Below, one piece after another: positions 40,101-49,005 of a stretch of DNA of 64,000 bases. Under the pieces are notes generated by a model. The model had not been told where the DNA came from. It searched no databases and worked only from the letters and a program-made list of their open reading frames with translations. How positions within the stretch are numbered: the stretch's first letter is position 1; every line of letters starts with the position of its first letter. Origin of the DNA: Candidatus Dormiibacterota bacterium (GTDB lineage: Bacteria > Chloroflexota > Dormibacteria > Aeolococcales > Aeolococcaceae). The translations under genes and the position numbers were made by a program. The DNA is taken from NCBI GenBank assembly GCA_963709585.1, contig CAVPXI010000007.1:192001-256000 (forward strand), read 5' to 3'.

Positions 40101-42557
40101 CTCGCCCCCGCGAGCGGCACACCCTCGGGCACGGCCAGCTTCATGGACGGCGCCACCACCATCGGCGGCTGCATCGCGCAGCCGTTGATCGGCGGGGTCG
40201 CGACCTGCAGCGTCGCGTACCCCGGAGTCGGTAGCCACGCGATCACAGCCGTCTACAGCGGTGACCTCAATTTCGCGGGCTCAACGTCACCAATCTTCAC
40301 ACAGACCGTCACCCCCGCTTCGACGTCGACATCGCTCGCGTCCTCGGTGAATCCGTCGGTGACCGGGCAGTCAGTCACCGTCACTGCGACGGTGAGTGTG
40401 GTGGCACCAGGATCTGGAGCCCCGACCGGCACCGTTGCGTTCCTGGACGACGGCGCGACCATCGCCGGGTGCGCCACCCAGGCTGTGACCGGTGCGGGCG
40501 TCGCAACATGCGACGACGCATTCGTTGCGGCGGGCGCGGTGACCATCACCGCCGTCTACGGCGGTGACCCCGACTTCAGCACCTCGACGAGTGCTGCCCT
40601 GACTCAGACGATCAATCAGGGCGCAACCGCTACCGCGCTCACCTCGTCGGTGAACCCATCGGTATCAGGTGAGTCGGTCTCCTACGCCGCTTCCGTGAAG
40701 GCCGTTGCGCCCGCCGCCGGCACCCCCTCCGGCGCAGTCGCATTCTTCGACGGCGCCTTCGGCATCGCCGGTTGCAGCGCGCAACCACTGGTCGCCGGGA
40801 CAGCATCGTGCAACGTGATTTACGCCGGCGTCGGCACCCATGCGGTCACCGCGACCTACGGCGGTGACCCCAACTTCACCGCCTCGACATCGCCGGTTCT
40901 GGCCCAAACGGTCAATCCCGGTGCGACCTCGTCGGCGGTCACATCATCGGTGAACCCATCGGTGTCCGGCCAGGACGTCACTTACACGGCGACCGTATCC
41001 GCCGTCACGCCCGCAAGCGGGACACCGACCGGGACAGTCGAGTTCCTGGACGGCGGTGCGGGCATCACAGGTTGTGGTGCGCAGCCACTGGTCGGTGGGG
41101 TCGCGTCGTGCGATGTTGTGTACACCGAAGTCGGCAGCCACGCGATCACAGTCATCTACAGCGGCGATCCCAACTTCATCGGATCGACATCTTCCGTCGT
41201 CACGCAGACCGTCACCCCGGCTGCGACCTCGACATCGCTCGTATCCTCGGTGAACCCGTCCGTCACCGGGCAGCCGGTCACGATTACGGCGACGGTGATC
41301 GTGACCGCGCCGGGTTCCGGCACGCCGACCGGCGCCGTCTCCTTCCTGGACGGCGGTGCGACCATCGCGGGTTGCGCGGCCGACCCCGTGATCGGTACCG
41401 GCATTGCAACGTGCGCCGACGCATTCATCGCGGCGGGTGCGGATGCGATCACCGCCGTCTACAGCGGTGACCCTGACTTTCTCAGCTCGACGTCTCCCAT
41501 CCTCGCGCAGACAATCAACCAGGGCGCGACCGCGACTGTGGTCGCCTCGTCGGTGAACCCATCGGTGTCGGGTAAGTCGGTCTCGTACACCGCCGCCGTG
41601 ACTGTCGTCTCGCCCGCCGCAGGGAACCCCACCGGCACAGTCGCATTCTTCGATGGCACCGCCATCGCCGGTTGCGGCGCCCAACCACTAGTCGCCGGGA
41701 CGGCGTCGTGCAATATGAACTATGCCGGTGTCGGCACCCATGGCATCACCACCGTCTACAGCGCTGACGCCAACTTCATCAGCTCGACGTCTCCCATCCT
41801 CACGCAGACAATCAACCAGGGCGCGACAGCGACTGTGGTTGTCTCGTCGGTGGACCCCTCGGTGGCCGGCCAGGGCGTTTCCTACACCGCCACCGTGTCC
41901 GCCGTCGCACCCGCCAGCGGGACACCCACCGGGACAGTCGCGTTCCTGGATGGCACATCGACCATCGCCGGCTGCGCGACGCAAGCGCTGGTCGCCGGAA
42001 TGGCGTCGTGCACCGCGACCTATGCCAGCGCCGGCAGCCAAGCGATCGCCGACGTCTACAGCGGTGACCCCAACTTCGCGGGCTCCACCTCGGCGCCACT
42101 AGACCAGAACGTCGTGCTGGCTGACTCGGCGACCACGGTGACCTCGCCGGCCAGCACCTGGGCGGCAGGTCAAGCCGGGACGTTCAGGGCGACAGTGTCT
42201 CCGGTCTGGCCGGCACATGTCACCCCAACCGGGACCGCTGTGTTCATGGACGCCGGTGCCCCCATCCCCGGATGCGCTGCACAGCCGGTCGCCTCGGGGA
42301 CCGCATCGTGCAGTGTCGTATTCACGGGCACCGGCACGCACGCGATCACGGCGGTCTACAAGGGTGACGCGGCCCTGGCGGGCTCCACGTCGCCAACGCT
42401 AATGCTGTCCGTGTACGACGATCCGCCCACGCCGGCCACTGGAGCGAATTCCACGCCATCGGCGAACTGGGAGTATGTCGCCGTCGTCGGCGGCGCCTTC
42501 CTGGTGATCCTCGTGGGGTGTGTGCGCCTCCGGCGCAGGGAGATCGACAAGGACTGA
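37164..42557 (+). CDS. Large surface protein/adhesin with 17 Big_3-like Ig repeats and a C-terminal anchor
   Basis: Repeats SSxNPSxxGQxVTxTATV..PTGTVxF.DG..IxGC..HxITAxYSGD; TPATG + TM + RRR tail. Start uncertain. Confidence 0.9.
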   Translation: MEGRVTPGSTALSGSRVRSVSATRHRGTRVVRQVGAALTAGALSLFSGGIIGHALSASTTTLTSGTNPSVWGQSVLFTATITPVAPAPTGTVTFQDGGTNIAGCVSRAIAARVATCTTAALAVGSHSVTAVYSGNPTYATSTSAPVTQMVTVGSTTTVVAASVNPSVSGQTVTYTATVSSVAPASGTRTGTVAFQDGGVVIASCAAKAVAVNGTATCAIAYTGPGTHTITAIYSGDANFTTSTASAITQTVNLGPTAVALSSSANPSSTGANVTFTANVTATAPASGARTGTVDFQVGGVNIAGCSAQVVPASGKATCVTNTLTVGANTITAIYSGDANFAASTSAPFPQTVNKGATTTKVVSSLNPSSTGVTVTFTATVTAVAPASGTRTGTVAFEDGGIAIAGCAGQVIGAAGTATCATNALAAGVHTITAVYSGDGNFTTSTSAPLTQTVLSATTTTVTSSANPSFFGQSVQYTASVAGGPTVTGTITFRDGGANIAGCVAVVMAAGSASCTVSPTVASHAITAVYSGDASNSASTSAAMTQVVTADPTTTVVTATVNPTVFGQSVTFTATVTANAPGSGTPTGKVAFDNGAAAIAGCGGVTLVAGVATCTTNALTVGVHSVTGHYNGSANYVTGTSPVLTETVNQGSTTTIVGSSLNPSVSGQSVTYTATVTVVAPAAGTATGTVDFEDDGVAIAGCAAKVLTAAGTATCSFTYPGTGTHSITEIYSGNPDFAGSISPTLTQAVNQALTSTAVASSVNPSVAGQPLTMTASVSVIAPGNGTPTGTVMFQDGGVTITGCAAQAVSAAGTAVCAASLAAAGGHPITAVYGGDSNFSGSTSPILIETVTQGATATVVTSSVDPSVSGQTLIYTAIVTATAPAAGTPTGTVTFMDGATTVSGCVAQPMVGGVAPCTSMYAGVGGHAITAVYNGDGNFTSSTSPILTQTVNQGATSTLVTSSADPSVSGQDVTYTATVTALAPASGTPSGTASFMDGATTIGGCIAQPLIGGVATCSVAYPGVGSHAITAVYSGDLNFAGSTSPIFTQTVTPASTSTSLASSVNPSVTGQSVTVTATVSVVAPGSGAPTGTVAFLDDGATIAGCATQAVTGAGVATCDDAFVAAGAVTITAVYGGDPDFSTSTSAALTQTINQGATATALTSSVNPSVSGESVSYAASVKAVAPAAGTPSGAVAFFDGAFGIAGCSAQPLVAGTASCNVIYAGVGTHAVTATYGGDPNFTASTSPVLAQTVNPGATSSAVTSSVNPSVSGQDVTYTATVSAVTPASGTPTGTVEFLDGGAGITGCGAQPLVGGVASCDVVYTEVGSHAITVIYSGDPNFIGSTSSVVTQTVTPAATSTSLVSSVNPSVTGQPVTITATVIVTAPGSGTPTGAVSFLDGGATIAGCAADPVIGTGIATCADAFIAAGADAITAVYSGDPDFLSSTSPILAQTINQGATATVVASSVNPSVSGKSVSYTAAVTVVSPAAGNPTGTVAFFDGTAIAGCGAQPLVAGTASCNMNYAGVGTHGITTVYSADANFISSTSPILTQTINQGATATVVVSSVDPSVAGQGVSYTATVSAVAPASGTPTGTVAFLDGTSTIAGCATQALVAGMASCTATYASAGSQAIADVYSGDPNFAGSTSAPLDQNVVLADSATTVTSPASTWAAGQAGTFRATVSPVWPAHVTPTGTAVFMDAGAPIPGCAAQPVASGTASCSVVFTGTGTHAITAVYKGDAALAGSTSPTLMLSVYDDPPTPATGANSTPSANWEYVAVVGGAFLVILVGCVRLRRREIDKD

Positions 42558-42695
42558 GCCTGCGCGAACGCTCGCGAACGGCCGGAGGGCATCGGCGCGA
42601 GGATAACTCTCGTTACACCCTCGCCACAAGCGCTGCAACGCGGCACTTAGCATGGTTCCACACCGACAGTCCGCTCGATCACGTAGGTCAAGAGA

Positions 42696-43637
42696 ATGCT
42701 GAGGTGGCGAACGGGAACGGTCGAGCAGCACCCCACTGCCGGCCGGGACGGCGCCAGGACGGACGACGACGTCTCTCGGCGCCCGGAGACCGCGCTGGGC
42801 AATCAACCCTGCTCCGCCCTCCGCTGCTCGTCGTTGGTGGGCATGCCGTGTGGCTACTTCGACCGGCGTGGACGTCGTTGTAAGACGGCATGGTGCCCGG
42901 CCGACCGCACGGTTGTGGAGGGAAAGATATATTGCGCGCTCCATGCCCATGCGATGCAGGCACTCGAATGGGAGTTCGGCGCCGCATCGCACCCGGACAT
43001 CGACAGCCGTACCGTGCCAATCCTGCAGTGGATCTCGTCAGCGGCGGCAGACGAGGTCATTGCAACCCTAAACGTCTTCTGCGCCCTGAACGGCGAGATG
43101 CTCGTCGCGGAACCGGTGCGCCGGAGGTTCAACCCGGTCGACCACAGTCGCGTCTGGGAAAAGCAGTGGAAGACGCTGTCACCGACGAGCGTCACCATCC
43201 GGGTGTCCATCAGCTCCGACGAAGCCCGCCCCACAGAGATTCACATTACCGTGAACGGACACGACGTGAACGTCGTGCCACCACCATTCAACCGTGAGCT
43301 CAGCACTCCGACAGCAGCCGACATACGGTGGCTCGACCAGGAGGTGCTCGCGCCCATCAGTGCGGCTGTCGCGCGCTGGATGGCGCAGGTGGCTGCGAGC
43401 AAGGACCTCGGCTACATCCCGGTCGGCGGCGGCATCGACGATGCCGATGCGCTACTCGTGGCGCGGCCGGTCGGCGGCGCCGAAATAGTCACGGCGTCAG
43501 CATCGAGGAACAGTGTCGACGACGCGGCGCTCGATGACGTGCTCAGAGCTCACTTCCTCTATGGGCTCGAGGAGATCCAGGCCATCGCCGCTCTATCGCC
43601 AGCTACTGCGCCTGCACCGGCTCGAAGCGCGCTGTGA
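42696..43637 (+). CDS. Hypothetical protein with N-terminal Cys-rich putative zinc finger
   Basis: C-x4-C-x7-C-x9-C-x4-C-x12-C-x2-H cluster. Confidence 0.55.
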   Translation: MLRWRTGTVEQHPTAGRDGARTDDDVSRRPETALGNQPCSALRCSSLVGMPCGYFDRRGRRCKTAWCPADRTVVEGKIYCALHAHAMQALEWEFGAASHPDIDSRTVPILQWISSAAADEVIATLNVFCALNGEMLVAEPVRRRFNPVDHSRVWEKQWKTLSPTSVTIRVSISSDEARPTEIHITVNGHDVNVVPPPFNRELSTPTAADIRWLDQEVLAPISAAVARWMAQVAASKDLGYIPVGGGIDDADALLVARPVGGAEIVTASASRNSVDDAALDDVLRAHFLYGLEEIQAIAALSPATAPAPARSAL

Positions 43638-44982
43638 AGTGGCGCAGCGCGGGCGACTCCTCGACGATCCGGTATCCAGGAAGGTCTCCGGCGTGCGTCG
43701 CCACCTCGCCGCACACCGCAATGACGTAGTCGATGTGGCTCTGAGTGTAGGTGCGCCGCGGGATCGCCAGTCGGACCAGGTCCATATCCGCTGGCCGCTC
43801 TGAGCCGTCAGGTTGCCGACCAAACATCACCGTGCCGATCTCACAGCTGCGGATCCCGCCCGTCTCGTAAAGGGCAACCGCCAGGGCCTGACCTGGATAT
43901 TGCAGTGGATTGATGTGCGGCAGCAACCGGCGCGCGTCGATGTATATCGCGTGCCCCCCAGGCGGCTGGACGATGGGGACACCGAGGCCGGTCAACGCCT
44001 CACCGAGATACGCCGTTGACCGAATGCGGTAGCGCAGGTAGTCGTGCTGCACCACTTCGTGCAGACCTTGGGCGATCGCCTCCAGGTCGCGCCCCGCCAG
44101 ACCACCGTACGTGGGGAAACCCTCAGTGAGGATGAGCAGGTTGCGACACCGCGCCGCGAGGTCATCGTCGTTCATCGCGAGCCAGCCGCCGATGTTGGCG
44201 AGCCCGTCCTTTTTGGCGCTCATGGTCATGCCGTCCACGAGCCCTGCCATCTCGCGCACGATGTCGCGCACTTCGCTGTCCTGCTGACCTGGTTCTCGCT
44301 CGCGGATGAACCACGCGTTCTCGGCGAACCGGCACGCGTCAAGAAACAGCGGAACGCCGTAGTGGTCGCACACTTGACGCACTGCACGCAGATTCGCCAG
44401 GGACACTGGCTGGCCGCCTCCCGAGTTGTTCGTGACCGTGATAAACACGACCGGAACGGAGCCTTTTTGAGCGTGGAGGAACTCGTCGAGCCGGTCGACG
44501 TCCATGTTGCCTTTGAACGGATGTTGTGCCGAAGGATCGTGGCCCTCCGCCACGAGCAAGTCGACCGCTTCTCCCCCTGTGAACTCGACGTTGGCGCGCG
44601 TGGTGTCGAAGTGCGTGTTGTTCGGCACACTCTTGCCTGGTCCGCAGATGGCGGTGAAGAGGATCTTTTCCGCGGCCCTCCCTTGGTGCGTCGGGATGAC
44701 ATGCCGGAACGGGAAGAGATCCTGGACGGCTTCGAGGAAGCGAAACCACGACGGGGAGCCCGCGTAGCTCTCGTCGCCGTGCTGAATGGCCGCCCACTGG
44801 TCGCGTGACATCGCGCCCGTGCCTGAGTCGGTGAGCAGGTCGATGAGCACGTCATCGGAATGCAACGCGAACAGGTTGTAGCCGGCAACGAGCACGGCCC
44901 GCTGACGTTCCTCCTTCGTCGTCATGCGAAGCGGCTCAACGGAATGGATGCGGAAGGGCTCGATGATGGTGTGGAGCGGCAT
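43603..44982 (-). CDS. tnaA: Tryptophanase
   Basis: EPFRI, IDLLTDSGT, THQGRAAE, PLP-lysine motif MSAKKD and LRHFTARF (tyrosine phenol-lyase has SGKKD and LRFF). Confidence 0.88.
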   Translation of the reverse strand: MPLHTIIEPFRIHSVEPLRMTTKEERQRAVLVAGYNLFALHSDDVLIDLLTDSGTGAMSRDQWAAIQHGDESYAGSPSWFRFLEAVQDLFPFRHVIPTHQGRAAEKILFTAICGPGKSVPNNTHFDTTRANVEFTGGEAVDLLVAEGHDPSAQHPFKGNMDVDRLDEFLHAQKGSVPVVFITVTNNSGGGQPVSLANLRAVRQVCDHYGVPLFLDACRFAENAWFIREREPGQQDSEVRDIVREMAGLVDGMTMSAKKDGLANIGGWLAMNDDDLAARCRNLLILTEGFPTYGGLAGRDLEAIAQGLHEVVQHDYLRYRIRSTAYLGEALTGLGVPIVQPPGGHAIYIDARRLLPHINPLQYPGQALAVALYETGGIRSCEIGTVMFGRQPDGSERPADMDLVRLAIPRRTYTQSHIDYVIAVCGEVATHAGDLPGYRIVEESPALRHFTARFEPVQAQ

Positions 44983-45147
44983 AGGCGGCATCATGCGCGC
45001 CGATGAGACCGGCCGGCCACGCTGGGACGCCGAACGGTAGTGGTCACCCCGTCTATGATTCCCGACACCGCCCTTGTATGTCGATGCGCTCACCACGCCG
45101 GGTCGCTCAATCGTGACGCGCCAGGCCGTAACATCGTCGGCGAGCGG

Positions 45148-45786
45148 ATGTTGACCTACCGGGAGGAGATCCGGCGGCTGGACAGCCTGGCGACACCAGC
45201 CCCCTGGGCCAGCGACGGAGAGCTCTACGGCGTGCGAGCGAGCGGCTCGTTCATGCCCCTCGGCTTCGCACCGCACCGCCCGCTGGACGGCCGCCTCATC
45301 GTGGTCTATCGGTCGGCCTTGATGCACCTGCTCGATGCCGTGGATGCCGTCGAAAGGCTCGCGCTGCGCGCGAGCGCGGACTTGTCGGTGCCGGCGGCCA
45401 TCGGCATCCGCCAGATCCTGACCATCCTCGACGCTACTGATGGCGCCAGGGCGTCCTTCCTGGAGAGCTTGGCGGAACTCGACCGCACGACGACGCCGCC
45501 GCCGTGGGATCCCGGACACCTGGTGCTCGGCATGGAGCTCGATGCCGAGCTTCGGTCATCGCTCGGAATTGCCACTCCCAAGGCCGGCGACTGTCAGCTC
45601 ATCGCCGTGGCCCGTGTCGCGGTGCCGCGGGCACTCGAGTTCGTCGCTTTCGCCGCGGCGGTTGTCTTGCAGCACGCGCATCGCGACGGCTCTCTCGGCC
45701 GCGAGGGAGCGGCGGTCATCGCGGCAGCGGTGTCTGCGTTCGACCAGCATCGCGCCAGCGAGGGACGTGGGACAGGCACCGTCTGA
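45148..45786 (+). CDS. Hypothetical protein with an internal duplication
   Basis: Two similar units, IRRLDSLATPAPW and LAELDRTTTPPPW. Confidence 0.55.
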   Translation: MLTYREEIRRLDSLATPAPWASDGELYGVRASGSFMPLGFAPHRPLDGRLIVVYRSALMHLLDAVDAVERLALRASADLSVPAAIGIRQILTILDATDGARASFLESLAELDRTTTPPPWDPGHLVLGMELDAELRSSLGIATPKAGDCQLIAVARVAVPRALEFVAFAAAVVLQHAHRDGSLGREGAAVIAAAVSAFDQHRASEGRGTGTV

Positions 45787-45876
45787 GGGTGCTTCGATAC
45801 GCCAAGGTCGAATGGCCATGACACAAGACGTCCTTCGGCTCTGGTCGCCCGTATACGCCTGAGCCATTCTGGGCAG

Positions 45877-46188
45877 ATGGATCACGATCACCCGATCGTC
45901 ATGCTTGATCCCACGACGGATCAGGTTCTCGCGGAATGCGACGGTCCGGATGCGAGCGGCCGGTGCCCGATGGCCGACCGCCCCCCTTACCTCTGCGCGG
46001 GGTTGCACCTCATCGGCACCGGGGATGGCTCCGGGCACGGGTCATTCATGGTCACGAAGATGGAGCCTGGGCGCTGTCCGATCGCCGTCGTCAACGAGCC
46101 TCGCGCGAGCCGCAAGGACGGAATGCTCGAGACCGAACCAGTGAGCCGGTTCGCACCGACCGCGACCGCTCGAAGAGGAGAGATATGA
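45877..46188 (+). CDS. Small Cys-rich hypothetical protein
   Basis: CDGPDASGRCP..LCAG..GRCP; ATGA overlap with the next gene. Confidence 0.6.
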   Translation: MDHDHPIVMLDPTTDQVLAECDGPDASGRCPMADRPPYLCAGLHLIGTGDGSGHGSFMVTKMEPGRCPIAVVNEPRASRKDGMLETEPVSRFAPTATARRGEI

Positions 46189-46630
46189 GTCCGGAGAGTG
46201 CGCAGATGAGTGAGCTTTACGAGCCCCACCTCACGACCCTCACGCGAGAGGAATGCCTTGAGCACTTGCGGGGAGCGGTCGTCGGCCGCATTGGTTACGT
46301 GGCAGACGGCATGGCGATCATCATTCCAGTCAACTTCGCGCTGTTGGGCAGTGACATCGTCTTCTGTACGGCAATGGGGAGCAAGCTCAGTTGGCTGAGC
46401 CTCCGCGAACGCGTGGCTTTTGAGGCCGATGAGAGCAGGCGGCCGATCATGAAGGCTGGAGCGTGCTTATCCAGGGTGTCGCCCGAGAGGTAACCCGTCC
46501 GGAGGAACTCGCGGTCCTCCGTCGTGGCCCCGTGCGTTCCTGGTTGCGGTCGCCGCACGAGCACTGGGTGCGAATCAGCATCGAAGCGATGTCCGGCCGA
46601 GCACTCCATGGTGCCCCAGCCACCGACTAA
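46185..46630 (+). pseudogene. Pyridoxamine 5'-phosphate oxidase-like flavin-binding protein, copy 1 (frameshifted)
   Basis: 1-nt deletion at about 46440 relative to copy 2 (aggcggcc vs aggccggcc); may be an assembly error. Confidence 0.7.
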
Positions 46631-46682
46631 CTCATGCGAGCCTGATCCCGAACGCGCGATGAGGATACGGACCCGCGGCGAG

Positions 46683-46940
46683 TCACGGCTTCCTGGTCAG
46701 GGCAACCAGCGCGTCGGTTCGCTTCCAGTTTTGGGCGTCGAGAAGATCTCGCCGCTGGTCGGCTGACATCTCATCCTGCCCGAGGCCGCGAACCCGGTCG
46801 AGCTCTAGATCTGCCTCAATCAGGTTCAGGACACCGGGGATGGCCTCCTGGATCGCTCGGAGCTCGGCGCCAACGGCAGCCGGGCTATCGCGCAGCCGCA
46901 ACAGCAATGAATGGGCCGATTCGGGATAGGGATGGCTCAT
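46683..46940 (-). CDS. Small hypothetical protein
   Basis: Strong GGAGGAGGTG RBS; 85-aa helical ORF. Confidence 0.55.
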   Translation of the reverse strand: MSHPYPESAHSLLLRLRDSPAAVGAELRAIQEAIPGVLNLIEADLELDRVRGLGQDEMSADQRRDLLDAQNWKRTDALVALTRKP

Positions 46941-47421
46941 CAACTCACCTCCTCCGCCGCCGGATCAGGTCGGGGTGGCACCTGGCTAAGGACACCGCCG
47001 GACGGCGTCCCCCACCAGGCCAGCCCGATTCGTACTGTGCCCCTCGACCCAAGGTCCGACCCAGGAATACCGCCAAAAAGAGAGTCCGAGTATGGGCGGC
47101 TGAAGACAGGAACTGGTGGTTCTGCCAACACCGACCATTCGCCGGTAGCGTCCGCGACCGTCATGGCCCATGAGGCCGTGGAACGTTTCGGAGGCCACGA
47201 CACTCGACAACGGAGAGTGGATTGGACCCTGTGATCGCCTCATCATACTAGCACGGCGGCGCAACAAATATCGGGACAACCTGCTACGTTGTGAGGGTCC
47301 CAGGACCGAGGCGAGAGCAGTCAAGGCGCCGGTCGGGGCGACCTTCTCAGGGGTTGTCAGCCAGTTCCTCCACGTTTCTTCTTGGCCCTCCAAACGCGCA
47401 CTCCGTTGGAGGAGCACCCAC

Positions 47422-48918
47422 ATGGCTGTTGCAACCCGCCCCACCGAGAAAACTCGGTTTTTCACGTCGTCGCCTCGCGCGCTGCTCATAAATGGCAAAT
47501 TCGAGCAGGCCGAGAGCGGCAAGACCTTCGACACGCTGAACCCGGCCACCGACACGGTGCTCGCCAGCGTCGCCGAGGGCGACGCACACGACATCGATCG
47601 CGCAGTGCGAGCTGCTCGCCGAGCATTCGAGAACGGCCCGTGGAGCCACATGACTCCCTCAGAACGCGGCCAGATCATGCACCGCATCGGCGACCTGATC
47701 ATGGAACACGCAGACGAACTTGCGGAGCTCGATTGCCTTGACAATGGCAAGGCGCTCGGCGTGGCCCGCGCTGCTGATGTTCCGCTCGCGGCCGACCTGT
47801 TCTGGTACATGGCAGGTTGGGCCACGAAGCTGAACGGCGGCACCATCAACCCGTCGGTGCCCTACCTCCCCGGCGCCGAGTTCCACGCCTACACACTGCG
47901 CGAGCCGGTCGGCGTTGTCGGCCAGATCATCCCCTGGAATTTCCCACTGCTGATGGCCGCATGGAAGCTGGGTCCGGCATTGGCGACGGGTTGCACCGTG
48001 GTCCTCAAGCCTGCCGAGCAGACACCACTTTCGGCCCTGCGCTTGGGCGAACTCATGCTCAAGGCCGGCCTCCCCGACGGGGTGGTCAACATCGTCACCG
48101 GATTCGGTGAGACCGCCGGCGCCGCGCTCGCTGCACATCCTGGTGTCGACAAGATTGCCTTCACCGGCTCCACGGAGGTCGGCAGACTGATCGCAACGGC
48201 TGCCACCGGCAACCTGAAGAAGGTCTCGCTGGAGCTCGGTGGCAAGTCGCCGAACATCATCTTTTCCGACGCGGACATCGACGCGGCTGTCGCCGGCGCG
48301 GCACAGGGAATCTTCTTCAACCAGGGCGAGGTGTGCTGTGCGGGGAGCCGTCTCTTCGTGCAGCAGGACCGCTTCGATGAAGTGGTGGAGGGCGTCGCCA
48401 AGGCGGCGAAGAAGATCAAGGTCGGACCTGGCATGGATCCGGACACGGATATGGGCCCGCTGGTCTCTCGCGAGCAGTTCGATCGGGTCACCGGGTACCT
48501 CGCCAAGGGTGAGCAGGCGGGCAACCGCGCGCTGGCCGGCGGCCACGCGCTCGACCGCCCGGGCTACTTCGTGGAGCCGACCGTGTTGGTGGACGTCCAA
48601 CCCAACGATGTCGTGCTGCGCGAAGAGATCTTTGGACCGGTGATTGTCGCGTTGCCGTTCAGCGACGTGGACGACCTTGCCCGCCAAGCCAACGACACCG
48701 TCTATGGACTGGCCGCGGGAGTGTGGACCAAGGACATCTCGAAAGCCCATAAGCTCGCCAGGCGCATCAAGGCAGGCACGGTATGGGTCAACACCTACAA
48801 CGTGTTCAGCGCGGAACTGCCGTTCGGCGGCTTCAAGCAAAGCGGCTGGGGCCGCGAGATGGGCGAGGAGGTCCTCTCCAGCTACCTCGAGACCAAGTCG
48901 GTGATCGTCCAGCTCTAG
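47422..48918 (+). CDS. NAD(P)-dependent aldehyde dehydrogenase
   Basis: IIPWNFP, FTGSTEVG, LELGGKSP, NQGEVCCAG, EEIFGP, PFGGFKQSG; GGAGGAG RBS. Confidence 0.95.
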   Translation: MAVATRPTEKTRFFTSSPRALLINGKFEQAESGKTFDTLNPATDTVLASVAEGDAHDIDRAVRAARRAFENGPWSHMTPSERGQIMHRIGDLIMEHADELAELDCLDNGKALGVARAADVPLAADLFWYMAGWATKLNGGTINPSVPYLPGAEFHAYTLREPVGVVGQIIPWNFPLLMAAWKLGPALATGCTVVLKPAEQTPLSALRLGELMLKAGLPDGVVNIVTGFGETAGAALAAHPGVDKIAFTGSTEVGRLIATAATGNLKKVSLELGGKSPNIIFSDADIDAAVAGAAQGIFFNQGEVCCAGSRLFVQQDRFDEVVEGVAKAAKKIKVGPGMDPDTDMGPLVSREQFDRVTGYLAKGEQAGNRALAGGHALDRPGYFVEPTVLVDVQPNDVVLREEIFGPVIVALPFSDVDDLARQANDTVYGLAAGVWTKDISKAHKLARRIKAGTVWVNTYNVFSAELPFGGFKQSGWGREMGEEVLSSYLETKSVIVQL

Positions 48919-48937
48919 TCTGGGTTTCCTCTGCGAA

Positions 48938-48971
48938 CGTCGCCGTCGGGTTTCCTAACCCGGCGGCGACG
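48938..48971 (+). terminator. 15-bp stem hairpin after the aldehyde dehydrogenase
   Basis: CGTCGCCGTCGGGTT-TCCT-AACCCGGCGGCGACG (one G-U pair); no U-tract. Confidence 0.65.
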
Positions 48972-49005
48972 CACTCGCGACCGAAGAATCGGGGTTCGCG
49001 CTTCC

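Larger units (their letters stand above)
45800..46660 (+). repeat. Segmental duplication, copy 1 (copy 2 at about 49006-49615)
   Basis: Near-identical upstream region (cgccaaggtcgaatggccatgacacaagacg...) and flavin-binding gene. Confidence 0.92.

Noticed and set aside
43603-44982. Functional link between tryptophanase and the Trp-rich protease tail
   Set aside because: The genes are about 19 kb apart with no shared regulatory motif; nothing in the sequence supports a link.
43603-45519. N-terminal extensions on tnaA (638 aa), amidase (600 aa) and ALDH (582 aa)
   Set aside because: The extensions overlap other genes or precede clear RBS or promoter signals; family similarity begins at the downstream starts.
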